From assembly GCA_963700635.1 (NCBI GenBank), contig CAVOYH010000004.1, forward strand, positions 32,001-96,000: DNA of 64,000 nt, written 5' to 3'. The translations under genes were made by a program, and so were the position numbers. A model generated the notes under the pieces. It was not told where the DNA came from, did no database searches, and saw only the letters and a list, made by a program, of their open reading frames with translations. The DNA comes from an uncultured Bacteroidota bacterium. GTDB lineage: Bacteria > Bacteroidota > Ignavibacteria > UBA10030 > UBA6906. Positions 50,354 to 60,293 of this stretch are shown here, piece after piece. Position 1 is the first letter of the stretch. Every line of letters starts with the position of its first letter.

Positions 50354-51799
50354 ATGGAGCGTAGTCCAGCTGACGCCATACGAAATGCGGTCAAACCCCA
50401 GATCCATGTGACGCTGGAGCGAGACGGAGTTCCCGAACTTCGGTTGAAGTTCTTCGACCGTTTTACCATAGGGAACGACCCTTCCTGCGATGTTGTCCTG
50501 CCGGACACCGACGTCAGCGGCTTCCATGCCGAGGTGTGGTACGAAAAAGGGAAGTGGCACATCAAAGATCTCGGGAGCAGGGGCGGCACGTACGTTGACG
50601 GAAAACACATCACGGAAGCGGTTCTTGAAGGAGAAAGCAGAGTCCTTTTTGGCGACGGCGGACAGGTTCTTGCCTTTGATGTACGGATGTTGCCGCACCA
50701 GGTCGTTACCAAACAGCTCCGGCAGGCCTTTCGCGCGTCGGGATATGTTCCCGTCACCCTCTACCGTACGGTGTTGCAGCGTATGGTCCGGCGTATCCTC
50801 CGGCTTCAGTCCAAAAAGTATGTCCGGGCAATCGGCGCGCTGGCAGTGGTCGCAGTCATCGCGGCTGGATACGCGTACCTCAAACACGAACAGGTGCGTA
50901 AACAGGAAGCCCTTGCGCAGGATGTGTTCTACGAGATGAAGGAATTCGAGCTTACGCTTGCCAGGCTTGAAGATCGTATCCGTCAGCGCGGGGACACGCT
51001 TTCGGGAGGTGAAGTTGCGGCCTCTCGAGGCCGTCTCCGGCAGTTGAGCGAAAGCTACGATAAATTTGTCAGTGAGCTCGGGGTCTATCGCGAGGGCATG
51101 GACGCAACCGACAAGCTCATCTATCGTGTCTCCCGGGTGTTTGGCGAATGTGAGCTCTCCATGCCGGACGACTTTGCCGCAGAAGTCCGCAAGTATATCC
51201 GCGTCTGGAAACTTTCGAACCGATTACCCAAAGCCCTCGAGCGGGCGAATGCCGAGGGATATGGCGCTCGGATCACTGAGGCCCTCCTTGCGGAGCAACT
51301 CCCTCCACAATTTTTCTTCCTCGCGCTGCAGGAGAGCGAGTTTGACAGCACAGCGTGTGGTCCCGCGACGCGATGGGGTATCGCAAAGGGGATGTGGCAG
51401 TTTATTCCAAGCACCGCCCTGCAATATGGACTTCGAACCGGTCCGCTGGTCGCCCTGCCCCGGCTCGATCCCCGTGACGAACGGCACCAGGTTGATCTTG
51501 CCAGTGCAGCGGCAGCACGGTATTTGCGCGATATCTACAATGGTGAAGCACAAGCTTCAGGTTTGCTTGTCCTTGCTTCCTACAATTGGGGCCATAATGC
51601 AGTTCGCGGCCTTATACGGAATCTTCCGGAAAACCCGCGTGAAAGGAATTTCTGGAAGTTTCTCGCGACGTACCGGAAGCGAATTCCCAAAGAGACCTAC
51701 GACTACGTGTTTCTTATCTTCTCGGCAGCCGTTATAGCCGAAAATCCCTCATTATTTGGGTTTAATTTCCCAAAACCCCTCCGTGACGCAACGCACTGA
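50354..51799 (+). CDS. FHA domain - TM - lytic transglycosylase (MltD/SLT-like) fusion
   Basis: FHA 'IG...VSGFHA...DLGSRGGTYVDG', one TM helix, SLT motifs 'QESEF', 'AKGMWQF', 'ASYNWG'. Confidence 0.82.
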   Translation: MERSPADAIRNAVKPQIHVTLERDGVPELRLKFFDRFTIGNDPSCDVVLPDTDVSGFHAEVWYEKGKWHIKDLGSRGGTYVDGKHITEAVLEGESRVLFGDGGQVLAFDVRMLPHQVVTKQLRQAFRASGYVPVTLYRTVLQRMVRRILRLQSKKYVRAIGALAVVAVIAAGYAYLKHEQVRKQEALAQDVFYEMKEFELTLARLEDRIRQRGDTLSGGEVAASRGRLRQLSESYDKFVSELGVYREGMDATDKLIYRVSRVFGECELSMPDDFAAEVRKYIRVWKLSNRLPKALERANAEGYGARITEALLAEQLPPQFFFLALQESEFDSTACGPATRWGIAKGMWQFIPSTALQYGLRTGPLVALPRLDPRDERHQVDLASAAAARYLRDIYNGEAQASGLLVLASYNWGHNAVRGLIRNLPENPRERNFWKFLATYRKRIPKETYDYVFLIFSAAVIAENPSLFGFNFPKPLRDATH

Positions 51800-51835
51800 T
51801 TCTGCAACAAAACTATCCCTATTTTATCCCATTGA

Positions 51836-53326
51836 ATGACTATGAATCCCGTTACTATACTGGCATATGATTTTGGCGCGAGCAGCGGCAGGGCTATTCG
51901 CGGAACTTTTGACGGGTCACGACTCACCATAACCACGTCCCATCAGTTCCCCAATGGTCCTGTCGAGCTTCACGGACACCTCTACTGGGACGTCTTGCGA
52001 TTTCTTCAAGAAATTCAGGATGGGATCCGCCGTAGCACACGGGAGTCAGGGATTCTCCCCGTCTCCATCGGAATAGACACGTGGGGGGTGGACTATGGCC
52101 TGCTCGACAGGCACGGCGATTTGATGGGGAATCCTTACCATTACCGTGACACACGAACCGACGGGATGTTTGAACAGGCATTTCAACGAATGTCCAGGAC
52201 CGAAATCTTTCAACGCACGGGGGTTGCGTTTCAGCCCTTTAACACGCTGTTTCAGCTCCTTGCGATGAGACTGAAGAAGCCGGATGCGCTGGACCGGGCC
52301 GGGACACTCTTAATGATGCCGGATCTTCTTGCATACGCTCTCACGGGCGTGCGGGGCACGGAGTACACCGGTGCAAGTACATCACAACTCCTGGATGTCA
52401 TGTCGCACCAATGGAGCACGGAAGTCCTTTCAGCGATGGATCTGCCGCGGTCTCTCTTCACGGACATCACCGAACCGGGGACAGTACGAGGAAAACTCCG
52501 GGATTCCTTCGCGGCCGCTGCGGGGATTCCCTCAATTCCGGTGCTTGCCGTGGCGGGACATGATACCGCTTCGGCTGTCGTCGCGGTTCCCATGCGCGGT
52601 ACGCGGTCTGCATATTTGAGCAGCGGCACCTGGTCTCTTCTTGGTATCGAGACGACAACCCCGCAGCTTGACAGCAGGGCAATGGAGGCGAATTTTACGA
52701 ATGAGGGAGGGTTTGGAGGTCAAATCCGCTTGCTGCGCAATGTCATGGGCCTCTGGATGGTACAGGAGTGTAAGCGGGAATGGGACGCAAAGGGTGACGC
52801 CGTTGAATTTGATGAACTGGTCCACAGGGCAGGCCAGAGCAAACCCTTCTCCTGTTTTGTGGACCCTGATGCGCAGCTCTTTTATGCTCCCGGACCTATG
52901 GAACATCGTATCAAAGAGTATTGCCGCAAAACCGGGCAACACGAACCTTCCTCACAGGGGGAGGTCGTCCGTTGTGTGTACGAGAGTCTGGCTCTGAAAT
53001 ACCGCTGGGTGATTGACCGTCTTGAGGAGATCACCGGAACATCCATCGAGGAGCTTGTGATCGTGGGCGGCGGAGCACGGAACGTTCTGCTGAACCAGCT
53101 TACAGCCAACGCGCTGGGGCGCAGGGTGACAGCAGGTCCTTCGGAAGCCACGGCCATCGGGAACCTGCTGGTGCAGCTCCACGCACTCGGCGAAATCGAG
53201 GGTTTAGAACAAATGCGAGATGTTGTACGTGGATCGTTTCCGACGACCCCCTACGAACCGGAAGCATCGGATGCCTGGGGATCGGCCTATCAACGATTCA
53301 CAAAACTCGTCACGAACGGGGGTTAG
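51836..53326 (+). CDS. rhaB: Rhamnulokinase (FGGY family)
   Basis: 'YDFGASSGR', 'IGIDTWGVDY', 'HYRDTRT', 'GHDTASA', 'LSSGTWSL', 'FTNEGG', 'EATAIGN'. Confidence 0.88.
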   Translation: MTMNPVTILAYDFGASSGRAIRGTFDGSRLTITTSHQFPNGPVELHGHLYWDVLRFLQEIQDGIRRSTRESGILPVSIGIDTWGVDYGLLDRHGDLMGNPYHYRDTRTDGMFEQAFQRMSRTEIFQRTGVAFQPFNTLFQLLAMRLKKPDALDRAGTLLMMPDLLAYALTGVRGTEYTGASTSQLLDVMSHQWSTEVLSAMDLPRSLFTDITEPGTVRGKLRDSFAAAAGIPSIPVLAVAGHDTASAVVAVPMRGTRSAYLSSGTWSLLGIETTTPQLDSRAMEANFTNEGGFGGQIRLLRNVMGLWMVQECKREWDAKGDAVEFDELVHRAGQSKPFSCFVDPDAQLFYAPGPMEHRIKEYCRKTGQHEPSSQGEVVRCVYESLALKYRWVIDRLEEITGTSIEELVIVGGGARNVLLNQLTANALGRRVTAGPSEATAIGNLLVQLHALGEIEGLEQMRDVVRGSFPTTPYEPEASDAWGSAYQRFTKLVTNGG

Positions 53327-53358
53327 CTCCACACAGATTTCCGAGGGATCAAAACACT

Positions 53359-54192
53359 ATGAAAAAGGTGGTACTCGTACCGGAGGAAATCTCTCAGGAT
53401 GAGCCGACCTACCGGTTCGATTGTTCGATTGAGAATGATACGATGTTGATTTCCTTTGCCGTGTTTCCGGCCCCCGGGGGCAAATCTGCATTTGACTTCG
53501 TCCGGACAGTCTCACCGATCAAGGTCAAAAAACTTTTTCTCCGGGATCCGAACATGATGTGGTATCAGAAAGGGAGTCCGGGAATAGGCGATGATGTCCC
53601 TGGTGTGCTCACCTTTCTCAAGACGGCCATAACGAAAGAGCGAGTCCGCCGTGTGGTCACGATTGGCAATTCCGGCGGGGGCTATGCCGCAATCCTGTTT
53701 GGCGTGTTGCTCGGAGCTGATGAGATTCACGCCTTCAATCCGGTGACGCTGTTACGGGGGCCGGAGGACACGAGTGCGCCAGACCAGCTGGAGCTTCTGA
53801 AGCAGGAGAGGGGGTTGGACATTCCATACCTGGATCTAAGGGCAGTGCTTGACCGTCATCTTCAACCGGGGGCAAAAATCTACATTCACTACTCCCGGGG
53901 TGACAACCGGGATAGACGGCACGCGAAGTACCTGCGCCGCTTTCCGAATGTCCGGCTGTACGAGTATCCCTTCGTCACGCATCATGTTGCCCGGTTTTTT
54001 GCCGAGCGAGACATGCTCACGCCACTCCTGCACGCCGCGGCACTGGGTGATGGGCAGCAGTTAGAGGCCATCACGCGCAGGATGGTGAGGATCGCTGCAC
54101 CCCGGTATATCCCGGCACGTATAGTATGGTTTTTCGGAAAGGTCATTTGCCGTACAAGGAAATTGTTAGGGATACGCACACCGAAAGGGTAG
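53359..54192 (+). CDS. Alpha/beta-hydrolase-fold protein
   Basis: GNSGGG nucleophile elbow, downstream Asp/His candidates, basic amphipathic C-tail. Confidence 0.6.
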   Translation: MKKVVLVPEEISQDEPTYRFDCSIENDTMLISFAVFPAPGGKSAFDFVRTVSPIKVKKLFLRDPNMMWYQKGSPGIGDDVPGVLTFLKTAITKERVRRVVTIGNSGGGYAAILFGVLLGADEIHAFNPVTLLRGPEDTSAPDQLELLKQERGLDIPYLDLRAVLDRHLQPGAKIYIHYSRGDNRDRRHAKYLRRFPNVRLYEYPFVTHHVARFFAERDMLTPLLHAAALGDGQQLEAITRRMVRIAAPRYIPARIVWFFGKVICRTRKLLGIRTPKG

Positions 54193-54198
54193 TCCATC

Positions 54199-56736
54199 GT
54201 GACTCGTTTCAGAAATTCTGTTCGTACTATTGTCCTCATCACGTTCGGATTGCTGGTGTTCGGCCCCCCGGCTTCACACGCCGGGATCCCCGACGCGAGC
54301 GTTTTTCGAGTAGTCGTTCTAGGCTCCTCGACTGCTGCGGGGGAAGCGGCGATGCCCCTGGACAGTTCCTGGGTGAACAAATACAAGAATCATCTCGGTA
54401 CGATCTTCCAATCCTATGAAGTTGTCAATCTCGCCGTGGGGGGATTTACGACATTTAAGGTTATGCCGAACGGGTACCAGCGTCCATCCCCATGGGATAC
54501 CGTTTCATCCCTTGCGGTGGACCCCAACCGGAACATCACGAAGGCTCTTTCTCTTAATCCCTCGCTGATCCTTATCAATCTCCCGACCAACGATTGTGCG
54601 ATCTGGATTCCTGTGGCACAGCAGCTTTCCAACTTTGACGCTCTCATTGGCGCCGCACAAAGCCAGGGTGTCCCCGTCTACCTCAGCACGACGCAGCCCC
54701 GGGGCTCGGTGCAATCGGTACGCACATTGCTCATTCAGATGCGTGATGCCATCAACATTCGTTATCCCGGGAAAGTGCTGGATTTCTGGACCGGCCTGGC
54801 CAATCCTGACGGAACGATTGCTCCTGCGTACAACGCCGACGGCACCCATTTTAACAACGGGGGGCATGCGGTTCTTTTTGAACGGGTACGATCAACCGTT
54901 CAGCTTAATGTTCCCGTCGCTGCAGCCCCAACCCCCCTGGGGTTTGGTAACCGCAAAGTCGGCATTCCGGCCGTTCTCCCCGTGACAATTACAAATTTCT
55001 CGGCCTCGACAATCCTGTTTAATACCATATCCACAGGGACCGCGAGGTTTACCTCAAATCGCGGCAGCGCCAGTGTGCCGCCCGGAGGAACAGCAGACGT
55101 GCTGGTGACCTTCACGGCGCCGGGACTCGGCACATTCAGGGATACGTTGTTTCTCTATAACAACTCATCCATCCAGCTCATGAAAGTCCCTTTGAGCGGA
55201 GTCGCCCCTGCTCCGGTCCTCCAGGCTGTCCCCGGGACGCTGAGTTTTGGAGATGTCGCAACCTCTTCTGGCAGGCAGCTGAGTCTCACGCTGCAAAACG
55301 ATGACCTCAATGCGGGAGTGGTCTCCTCGATAACAAGCAACTCGGGACTTTTTGTCGCGACCCCCGCAAGTGGCACCATCAATCCGTCCGAATCGTGGAA
55401 TGTAAACGTCACGTTCACACCCACGGCATTCGGGGTTGTCACCGACACACTCCGGATTAACGGATCAGTGTACGGGGGTACATTCAAAATACCGGTGAAC
55501 GGACGGTCGCCTGTGCCCGTGCTTGCGGTGACTCCGACAGAGCTGGACTTCGGCGACGTGCCTCTCACAATCCCCCGGACACTCCAGATAAGTCTCGGCA
55601 ACACAACGGTGAACACGCTCACGCTCGACGCCGCGGCGAATTCGAAGTCCGAGTTTTTCGTCGATCCGTCAAGCGGGTTCGTTCCCGCAAACGGATCCCT
55701 CCTGGTGTCCGTCACATTTGCACCCTCGGCATTCGGGACAGTCACTGATACGATACAGATCATCAGCAATGCGACGGTATCGCCCCTTCGTATACCCATC
55801 CGGGGCCGCTCACCCGTTCCCTCAGTATCACTCTCTCACACCTCTGTGGCATTCCCTGTGGTTGGGCAGGGAGATGGAACAACCCGTACAGTTTATCTTC
55901 GAAATACGGGAGTGAATCCACTCACCCTGCAGTCCTTTGTGGCCCGGACCACCCACTTTGCAGGTCTCACGCCAACCCCCGTGGTGGTGCCCGGGTCGGA
56001 CAGTCTGGCGCTCGTCATTCGTTTTGCTCCCCAGGCATCCGGAGACTTGCGGGACACGCTGACCATCGTCACTGACGGAGGGGATGCACAGGTGGCGGTG
56101 ACCGGTTCTTCACCGGTTTCGTACCTCCGGGTATCTCCTGCGCCGATGGACTTTGGCTCCGGAAAGGTCGGAACTACGGTCTGGCAGTCGTGTGTCCTGA
56201 AAGTCCAGAGCCCTGACCCGTTGTTTTCAATTGCCGTTGATTCTGTCCGCCTGCGCGGCGCCGGCTTTGTTGTCAATGATCCCGGGGGGAGAAGAATGCT
56301 GGGATGGGGCGATAGTCTGCAGCTTCTCGTGGGCTTTGCTCCGACACAGCACAGAGTGTTCGCGGACACTTTGCTGGTCTATAATAACAGCGCCCTGACT
56401 GTCACCCGTGTCCCCATTTCGGGCAGGGGAGACACATTCACCGAGATCGTGCCGGAGACTCAGGGTATCCCCGGGGCGCTCGTGCTGCATCAGAACTATC
56501 CCAATCCCTTTAATCCCACAACGGAGATATCGTACGCTCTCGCTGGTCCGGGCCGGTTGGTGTTACAGGTGTTTGATCTTCTGGGGCAGGATGTTGCCAC
56601 CCTGGTAGATGAATGGCAGGAGGCTGGAGTGTACCGAGTACGGTTTGCTGCGGCGGGGCTACCGAGCGGCATGTATGTCTACCGGCTCCGTGCGGGCGAG
56701 AGCGTGATCGTCCGCCGGATGCTGTTGCTGAGGTAA
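54199..56736 (+). CDS. Secreted SGNH/GDSL esterase with five ASH/choice-of-anchor-D Ig-like repeats and T9SS CTD
   Basis: 'VLGSSTAAG', 'PTND', 'DGTHFN'. Five '(L/M)xFGxV...DTL...(V/I)xG'-type repeats. 'LHQNYPNPFNP'. Confidence 0.82.
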   Translation: MTRFRNSVRTIVLITFGLLVFGPPASHAGIPDASVFRVVVLGSSTAAGEAAMPLDSSWVNKYKNHLGTIFQSYEVVNLAVGGFTTFKVMPNGYQRPSPWDTVSSLAVDPNRNITKALSLNPSLILINLPTNDCAIWIPVAQQLSNFDALIGAAQSQGVPVYLSTTQPRGSVQSVRTLLIQMRDAINIRYPGKVLDFWTGLANPDGTIAPAYNADGTHFNNGGHAVLFERVRSTVQLNVPVAAAPTPLGFGNRKVGIPAVLPVTITNFSASTILFNTISTGTARFTSNRGSASVPPGGTADVLVTFTAPGLGTFRDTLFLYNNSSIQLMKVPLSGVAPAPVLQAVPGTLSFGDVATSSGRQLSLTLQNDDLNAGVVSSITSNSGLFVATPASGTINPSESWNVNVTFTPTAFGVVTDTLRINGSVYGGTFKIPVNGRSPVPVLAVTPTELDFGDVPLTIPRTLQISLGNTTVNTLTLDAAANSKSEFFVDPSSGFVPANGSLLVSVTFAPSAFGTVTDTIQIISNATVSPLRIPIRGRSPVPSVSLSHTSVAFPVVGQGDGTTRTVYLRNTGVNPLTLQSFVARTTHFAGLTPTPVVVPGSDSLALVIRFAPQASGDLRDTLTIVTDGGDAQVAVTGSSPVSYLRVSPAPMDFGSGKVGTTVWQSCVLKVQSPDPLFSIAVDSVRLRGAGFVVNDPGGRRMLGWGDSLQLLVGFAPTQHRVFADTLLVYNNSALTVTRVPISGRGDTFTEIVPETQGIPGALVLHQNYPNPFNPTTEISYALAGPGRLVLQVFDLLGQDVATLVDEWQEAGVYRVRFAAAGLPSGMYVYRLRAGESVIVRRMLLLR

Positions 56737-56922
56737 GCACTTTTCGCACCTTCTCTCATCCGCCCCCCGGTCCGCAAATCGTGTCCGGCTGCCAATGCTT
56801 GTTTCTTCTTCCTGAGCGTAGTATCTTATTTCCAGCGTGCGCCCGTCCGCAAGTGGGTGCCGGGCCGTCTCGTGCGTCCTTTTTCTCTTGCCTCACGCAG
56901 TACATAACACGAAGGACACTCT

Positions 56923-58206
56923 GTGGAATCCATGCCTGTCCTCATCTTCATCGGTCTTCTGGTGTTCTTTGCCCACCTCTTTGTTGCCCTTTTCGAGCGG
57001 ACGAAGATCCCGGATGTGCTGTATCTGATACTCATCGGTGTCGTGATCGGCCCCGTGCTTCAGGTCGTCACCCCGATGGATTTCGGGAAGGTGGGGCATG
57101 TGTTCACCACGATTGCCCTGGTGGTCATCCTGTTCGAGGGGGGGCTTGAGCTGAGCTACGAACATTTGCGCGTCTCGTTGCGCAGCACGCTGATTATCAC
57201 CATCGTAAGCTATTGTTCGGCATTCGTGCTGGTTGGTGCCGTTGCGATATGGCTGATGGAACTTCCGATTCTGCTTTCGATGTTCGTGGCTGCGGTCATC
57301 GCAGCTCCCGCCCCTGCGGTGGTGATCCCGCTGATCCGTCAATACCCGCTTGGACCATCAACACGGGTCGCGCTCACGCTGGAATCGCCCCTCGGAGAGG
57401 CCTTCGGTATTGTTGTTGCACTTGCCCTGCTTGACACAATTCGTTATGAATCAATCCAGGTCGGCCACATCATCGGCAAGTTGTTATCGTCGTTCCTCTT
57501 CGCTCTGGTGATAGGTGGTGCCGGTGGATTTTTATGGTCGGTGCTTCTCCACCGGATCCGCCAGCTTCGTCATGCGATATTCACGACGCCGGCATTTCTC
57601 CTGGTGCTTTTTGGAGTCACGGAGTTCCTTGGTTTCAGCGGCGCGGTGTCAGCGCTCACCTTCGGCTTCACGCTTGCAAACGCCGGGGCAAAGGAGATAC
57701 CCTGGCTTTCCAGGAAGTATAATCTTACTCCGATGCAGCACAATGAAACCGAGAGGGCCTTCTTTGGCGAGATCGTATTCCTGATCAAGACATTCTTCTT
57801 CGTCTATCTCGGCCTCTCGGCCACATTTGTGGATTTGTGGACGGTGGAGCTCGCGCTGGCTGTGACATTGGCGTTACTCATTGCGCGTGTGCTGGCGATC
57901 CGCGTTTCAGCCAGGAAGCGGGACACATCGCGCAGCGAAGCGCTGCTTATGGGCGTCATGATTCCGAAGGGAACTGCGGCTGCGGTGTTGGCGGCGATCC
58001 CCCTGCAAATGGGACTTGTGGGCGGCGATCAGATCCGGAATGTCATCTATGCCGTTGTCGTCCTGAGTATCGTCACGACGGCTTCACTGCTCTTCCTCGT
58101 GGAAAAGACGTTTGTCGCAAATATAGTCGGTCTTGCCTTCTCCGGATACCGCAGAGATGATGTACGCGAAAAAGCGGGGAACCGGAAGGCAGTCAAGCAG
58201 GAATAG
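56923..58206 (+). CDS. Cation:proton antiporter (CPA1/NhaP-like)
   Basis: About 12 TMs, 'ILFEGGLEL', 'LESPLGE', 'FFFVYLG', 'PKGTAAAVLA'. Confidence 0.88.
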   Translation: MESMPVLIFIGLLVFFAHLFVALFERTKIPDVLYLILIGVVIGPVLQVVTPMDFGKVGHVFTTIALVVILFEGGLELSYEHLRVSLRSTLIITIVSYCSAFVLVGAVAIWLMELPILLSMFVAAVIAAPAPAVVIPLIRQYPLGPSTRVALTLESPLGEAFGIVVALALLDTIRYESIQVGHIIGKLLSSFLFALVIGGAGGFLWSVLLHRIRQLRHAIFTTPAFLLVLFGVTEFLGFSGAVSALTFGFTLANAGAKEIPWLSRKYNLTPMQHNETERAFFGEIVFLIKTFFFVYLGLSATFVDLWTVELALAVTLALLIARVLAIRVSARKRDTSRSEALLMGVMIPKGTAAAVLAAIPLQMGLVGGDQIRNVIYAVVVLSIVTTASLLFLVEKTFVANIVGLAFSGYRRDDVREKAGNRKAVKQE

Positions 58207-58459
58207 GAAACGCAGACGTCGGTTTTTTACCGGGCTGACTCTCCTGGTTCCCGCCGGTGTTCAGGTGGTGCCGGGGTCAGCTTAATGGCTCGGTTAGCTG
58301 CCGAGTCGCCGCATTGGACCCTGTTCCAGTTCCTCCGCTGTAGAGCCCGCTCTGACGACCCGTCGAAACCAATCCGAGCCTCAAAAAAACTCCACCACCG
58401 GAATGTCGATTCGGATGGCCCGTGGAGATCTCTGAACCCGAATAACCAGAGGAGCGGAC

Positions 58460-59506
58460 ATGACACGACGAACTTTGTATCTTCTCGCCGGCATGTTGTG
58501 GATCACGCTTGCCGGTGCGTCACAGGCGCAGAACCTGCTCACCGAGGATTTCGAGTACCCCGTGAGCGACAGTCTGGAGGGAGTCAGTTCGTGGTCGGGG
58601 CACCGTTACACGAACAATGTCCGTGTTGTCTCTCCCGGATTGTCCTTTGCCGGATACGTCGGGTCCGACAGAGGAAACACCGCGTATCTTTCAAATGTCC
58701 CTGAGGGAGACCTCGTGACCCGCTGGTTTCCCGCGGTGAGTTCAGGCAGCATCTATCTCTCGCTCCTTTTGCTTGTGGACAGCCTCACACCAACGGCGAC
58801 GTCGGGATATGTTACAGCGCTTGACCAGTCAGGCGGAGCCACGAATCTTGGTGCACGCCTGACCATACGCAGGGTGTCTGCAACGACGTTTAATCTGGGC
58901 ATAACGAAGATAGCACCAGGAGCTGTGTACGGAGCGGCCACCTATGAAACCGGTACGACCTATCTGGTTGTCGTACGGTACACATGGCTGGCGGCCACCA
59001 CCACGGACGACACAGTGAAGCTGTTTGTTTCCGCATCAGGTGTTCCGGCTGCTGAACCGGAACCTGTCGCCGTCACTGGCGGGGGGAATGATGCCATTGA
59101 CGCCGGAGAGTTGTGTCTGAGTAATTCATTCGTTCAGTCGGGCCTTGCGGGTTCGCCCGTCCGGGTCGACGGGATGCGTCTCGGCACAACCTGGGTTGGA
59201 GCAGTGTTGAGCGATGTTCCTGAGGCGGGATTGCAGGTGCCGCGGTCGATCGTCCTGGAACAGAATTACCCAAATCCGTTCAATCCGGTCACGACAGTCC
59301 GATACGGGCTTCCCGGTGATTCGCGGGTGACACTCGAGGTGTTTGATGCCGTTGGCCGGCAGATCGCCGTGCTTGTCAACGGCGAGGTAGGACCGGGATA
59401 CCACCAGGTTGCTTTTGATGGAAAGAATCTCTCAAGCGGTGTCTACGTGTGCCGGCTGAAGGCGGGGACGGTCATTCAGACAAAGAGGCTCTTGTTGTTG
59501 AGGTAG
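58460..59506 (+). CDS. Secreted protein with T9SS CTD (lectin-like beta-sandwich N-domain)
   Basis: GAGGAG RBS, signal peptide, 'LEQNYPNPFNP...SSGVY'. Confidence 0.78.
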   Translation: MTRRTLYLLAGMLWITLAGASQAQNLLTEDFEYPVSDSLEGVSSWSGHRYTNNVRVVSPGLSFAGYVGSDRGNTAYLSNVPEGDLVTRWFPAVSSGSIYLSLLLLVDSLTPTATSGYVTALDQSGGATNLGARLTIRRVSATTFNLGITKIAPGAVYGAATYETGTTYLVVVRYTWLAATTTDDTVKLFVSASGVPAAEPEPVAVTGGGNDAIDAGELCLSNSFVQSGLAGSPVRVDGMRLGTTWVGAVLSDVPEAGLQVPRSIVLEQNYPNPFNPVTTVRYGLPGDSRVTLEVFDAVGRQIAVLVNGEVGPGYHQVAFDGKNLSSGVYVCRLKAGTVIQTKRLLLLR

Positions 59507-59558
59507 ATGTGCGAGGGCAAAACTCCGCATGTCGCTGCGGTAACCCGGAGTATCCAGA

Positions 59559-60293
59559 TCACGAATCGGCACGCTGCATGGGACCGGGCACATCCACGGA
59601 AAGTACTCCGTTGTGCAGGGTTGTCACACGATCGCAGAACGTATGCGCCGTGTGCTCATCGTGCGTGATAAAAAGGATCGAACATCCGTGTGTCTCCTGC
59701 AGGGATTTCACCAGCTGCAGAAGTTGTGCCGATGTCAGCACATCCAGCGCTGAGGTTGGTTCGTCCAGAATGAGAAGCCGTGGGGCAACCGAAAGCACCC
59801 TTGCCAGGGCGACTCGTTGGCGTTGGCCTCCGCTGAGAGCGTGCGGCAAACGACCAAGACACCCAGCGGGCATTCCGACTGAAGTGATCAGCCGTTCGGC
59901 CGTGGCGGCATAGCTGGCGGCTGGTTGTCTCTCCGGGTGTGCGCGTATTCCCTCAACAAGCGACTCCATGACGGTCATCGTCGGATCCAGAGAGGCACTC
60001 CCGCCCTGGAAGAGCATCTGAATCCCTACTCCCACAGCATCGCGGTTCTTCGTCTCAGGAAAGATATTCACTCCGTCGAATGTGATCACTCCCGAGTCAG
60101 GTCTCAACAATCCGGCAATACACTTTGCAAGTGTCGATTTGCCGCTCCCGCTCTCACCGAGCAGCGCGAGTGAGGTCCCGGCGTCAAGAGTGAAGGACAC
60201 ACCATTCAGCACCGGTTTCTTTCCCGATCTGAGCCGTGATACCGAGTCGAGGCGCAGCGAACAGAACAGACTCTTCACTTCCAGTAAAAGCAT
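59559..60293 (-). CDS. Oligopeptide/dipeptide ABC ATP-binding protein (OppF-like)
   Basis: GESGSGKS, LSGGQRQR, LDEPTSALD. Confidence 0.9.
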   Translation of the reverse strand: MLLLEVKSLFCSLRLDSVSRLRSGKKPVLNGVSFTLDAGTSLALLGESGSGKSTLAKCIAGLLRPDSGVITFDGVNIFPETKNRDAVGVGIQMLFQGGSASLDPTMTVMESLVEGIRAHPERQPAASYAATAERLITSVGMPAGCLGRLPHALSGGQRQRVALARVLSVAPRLLILDEPTSALDVLTSAQLLQLVKSLQETHGCSILFITHDEHTAHTFCDRVTTLHNGVLSVDVPGPMQRADS

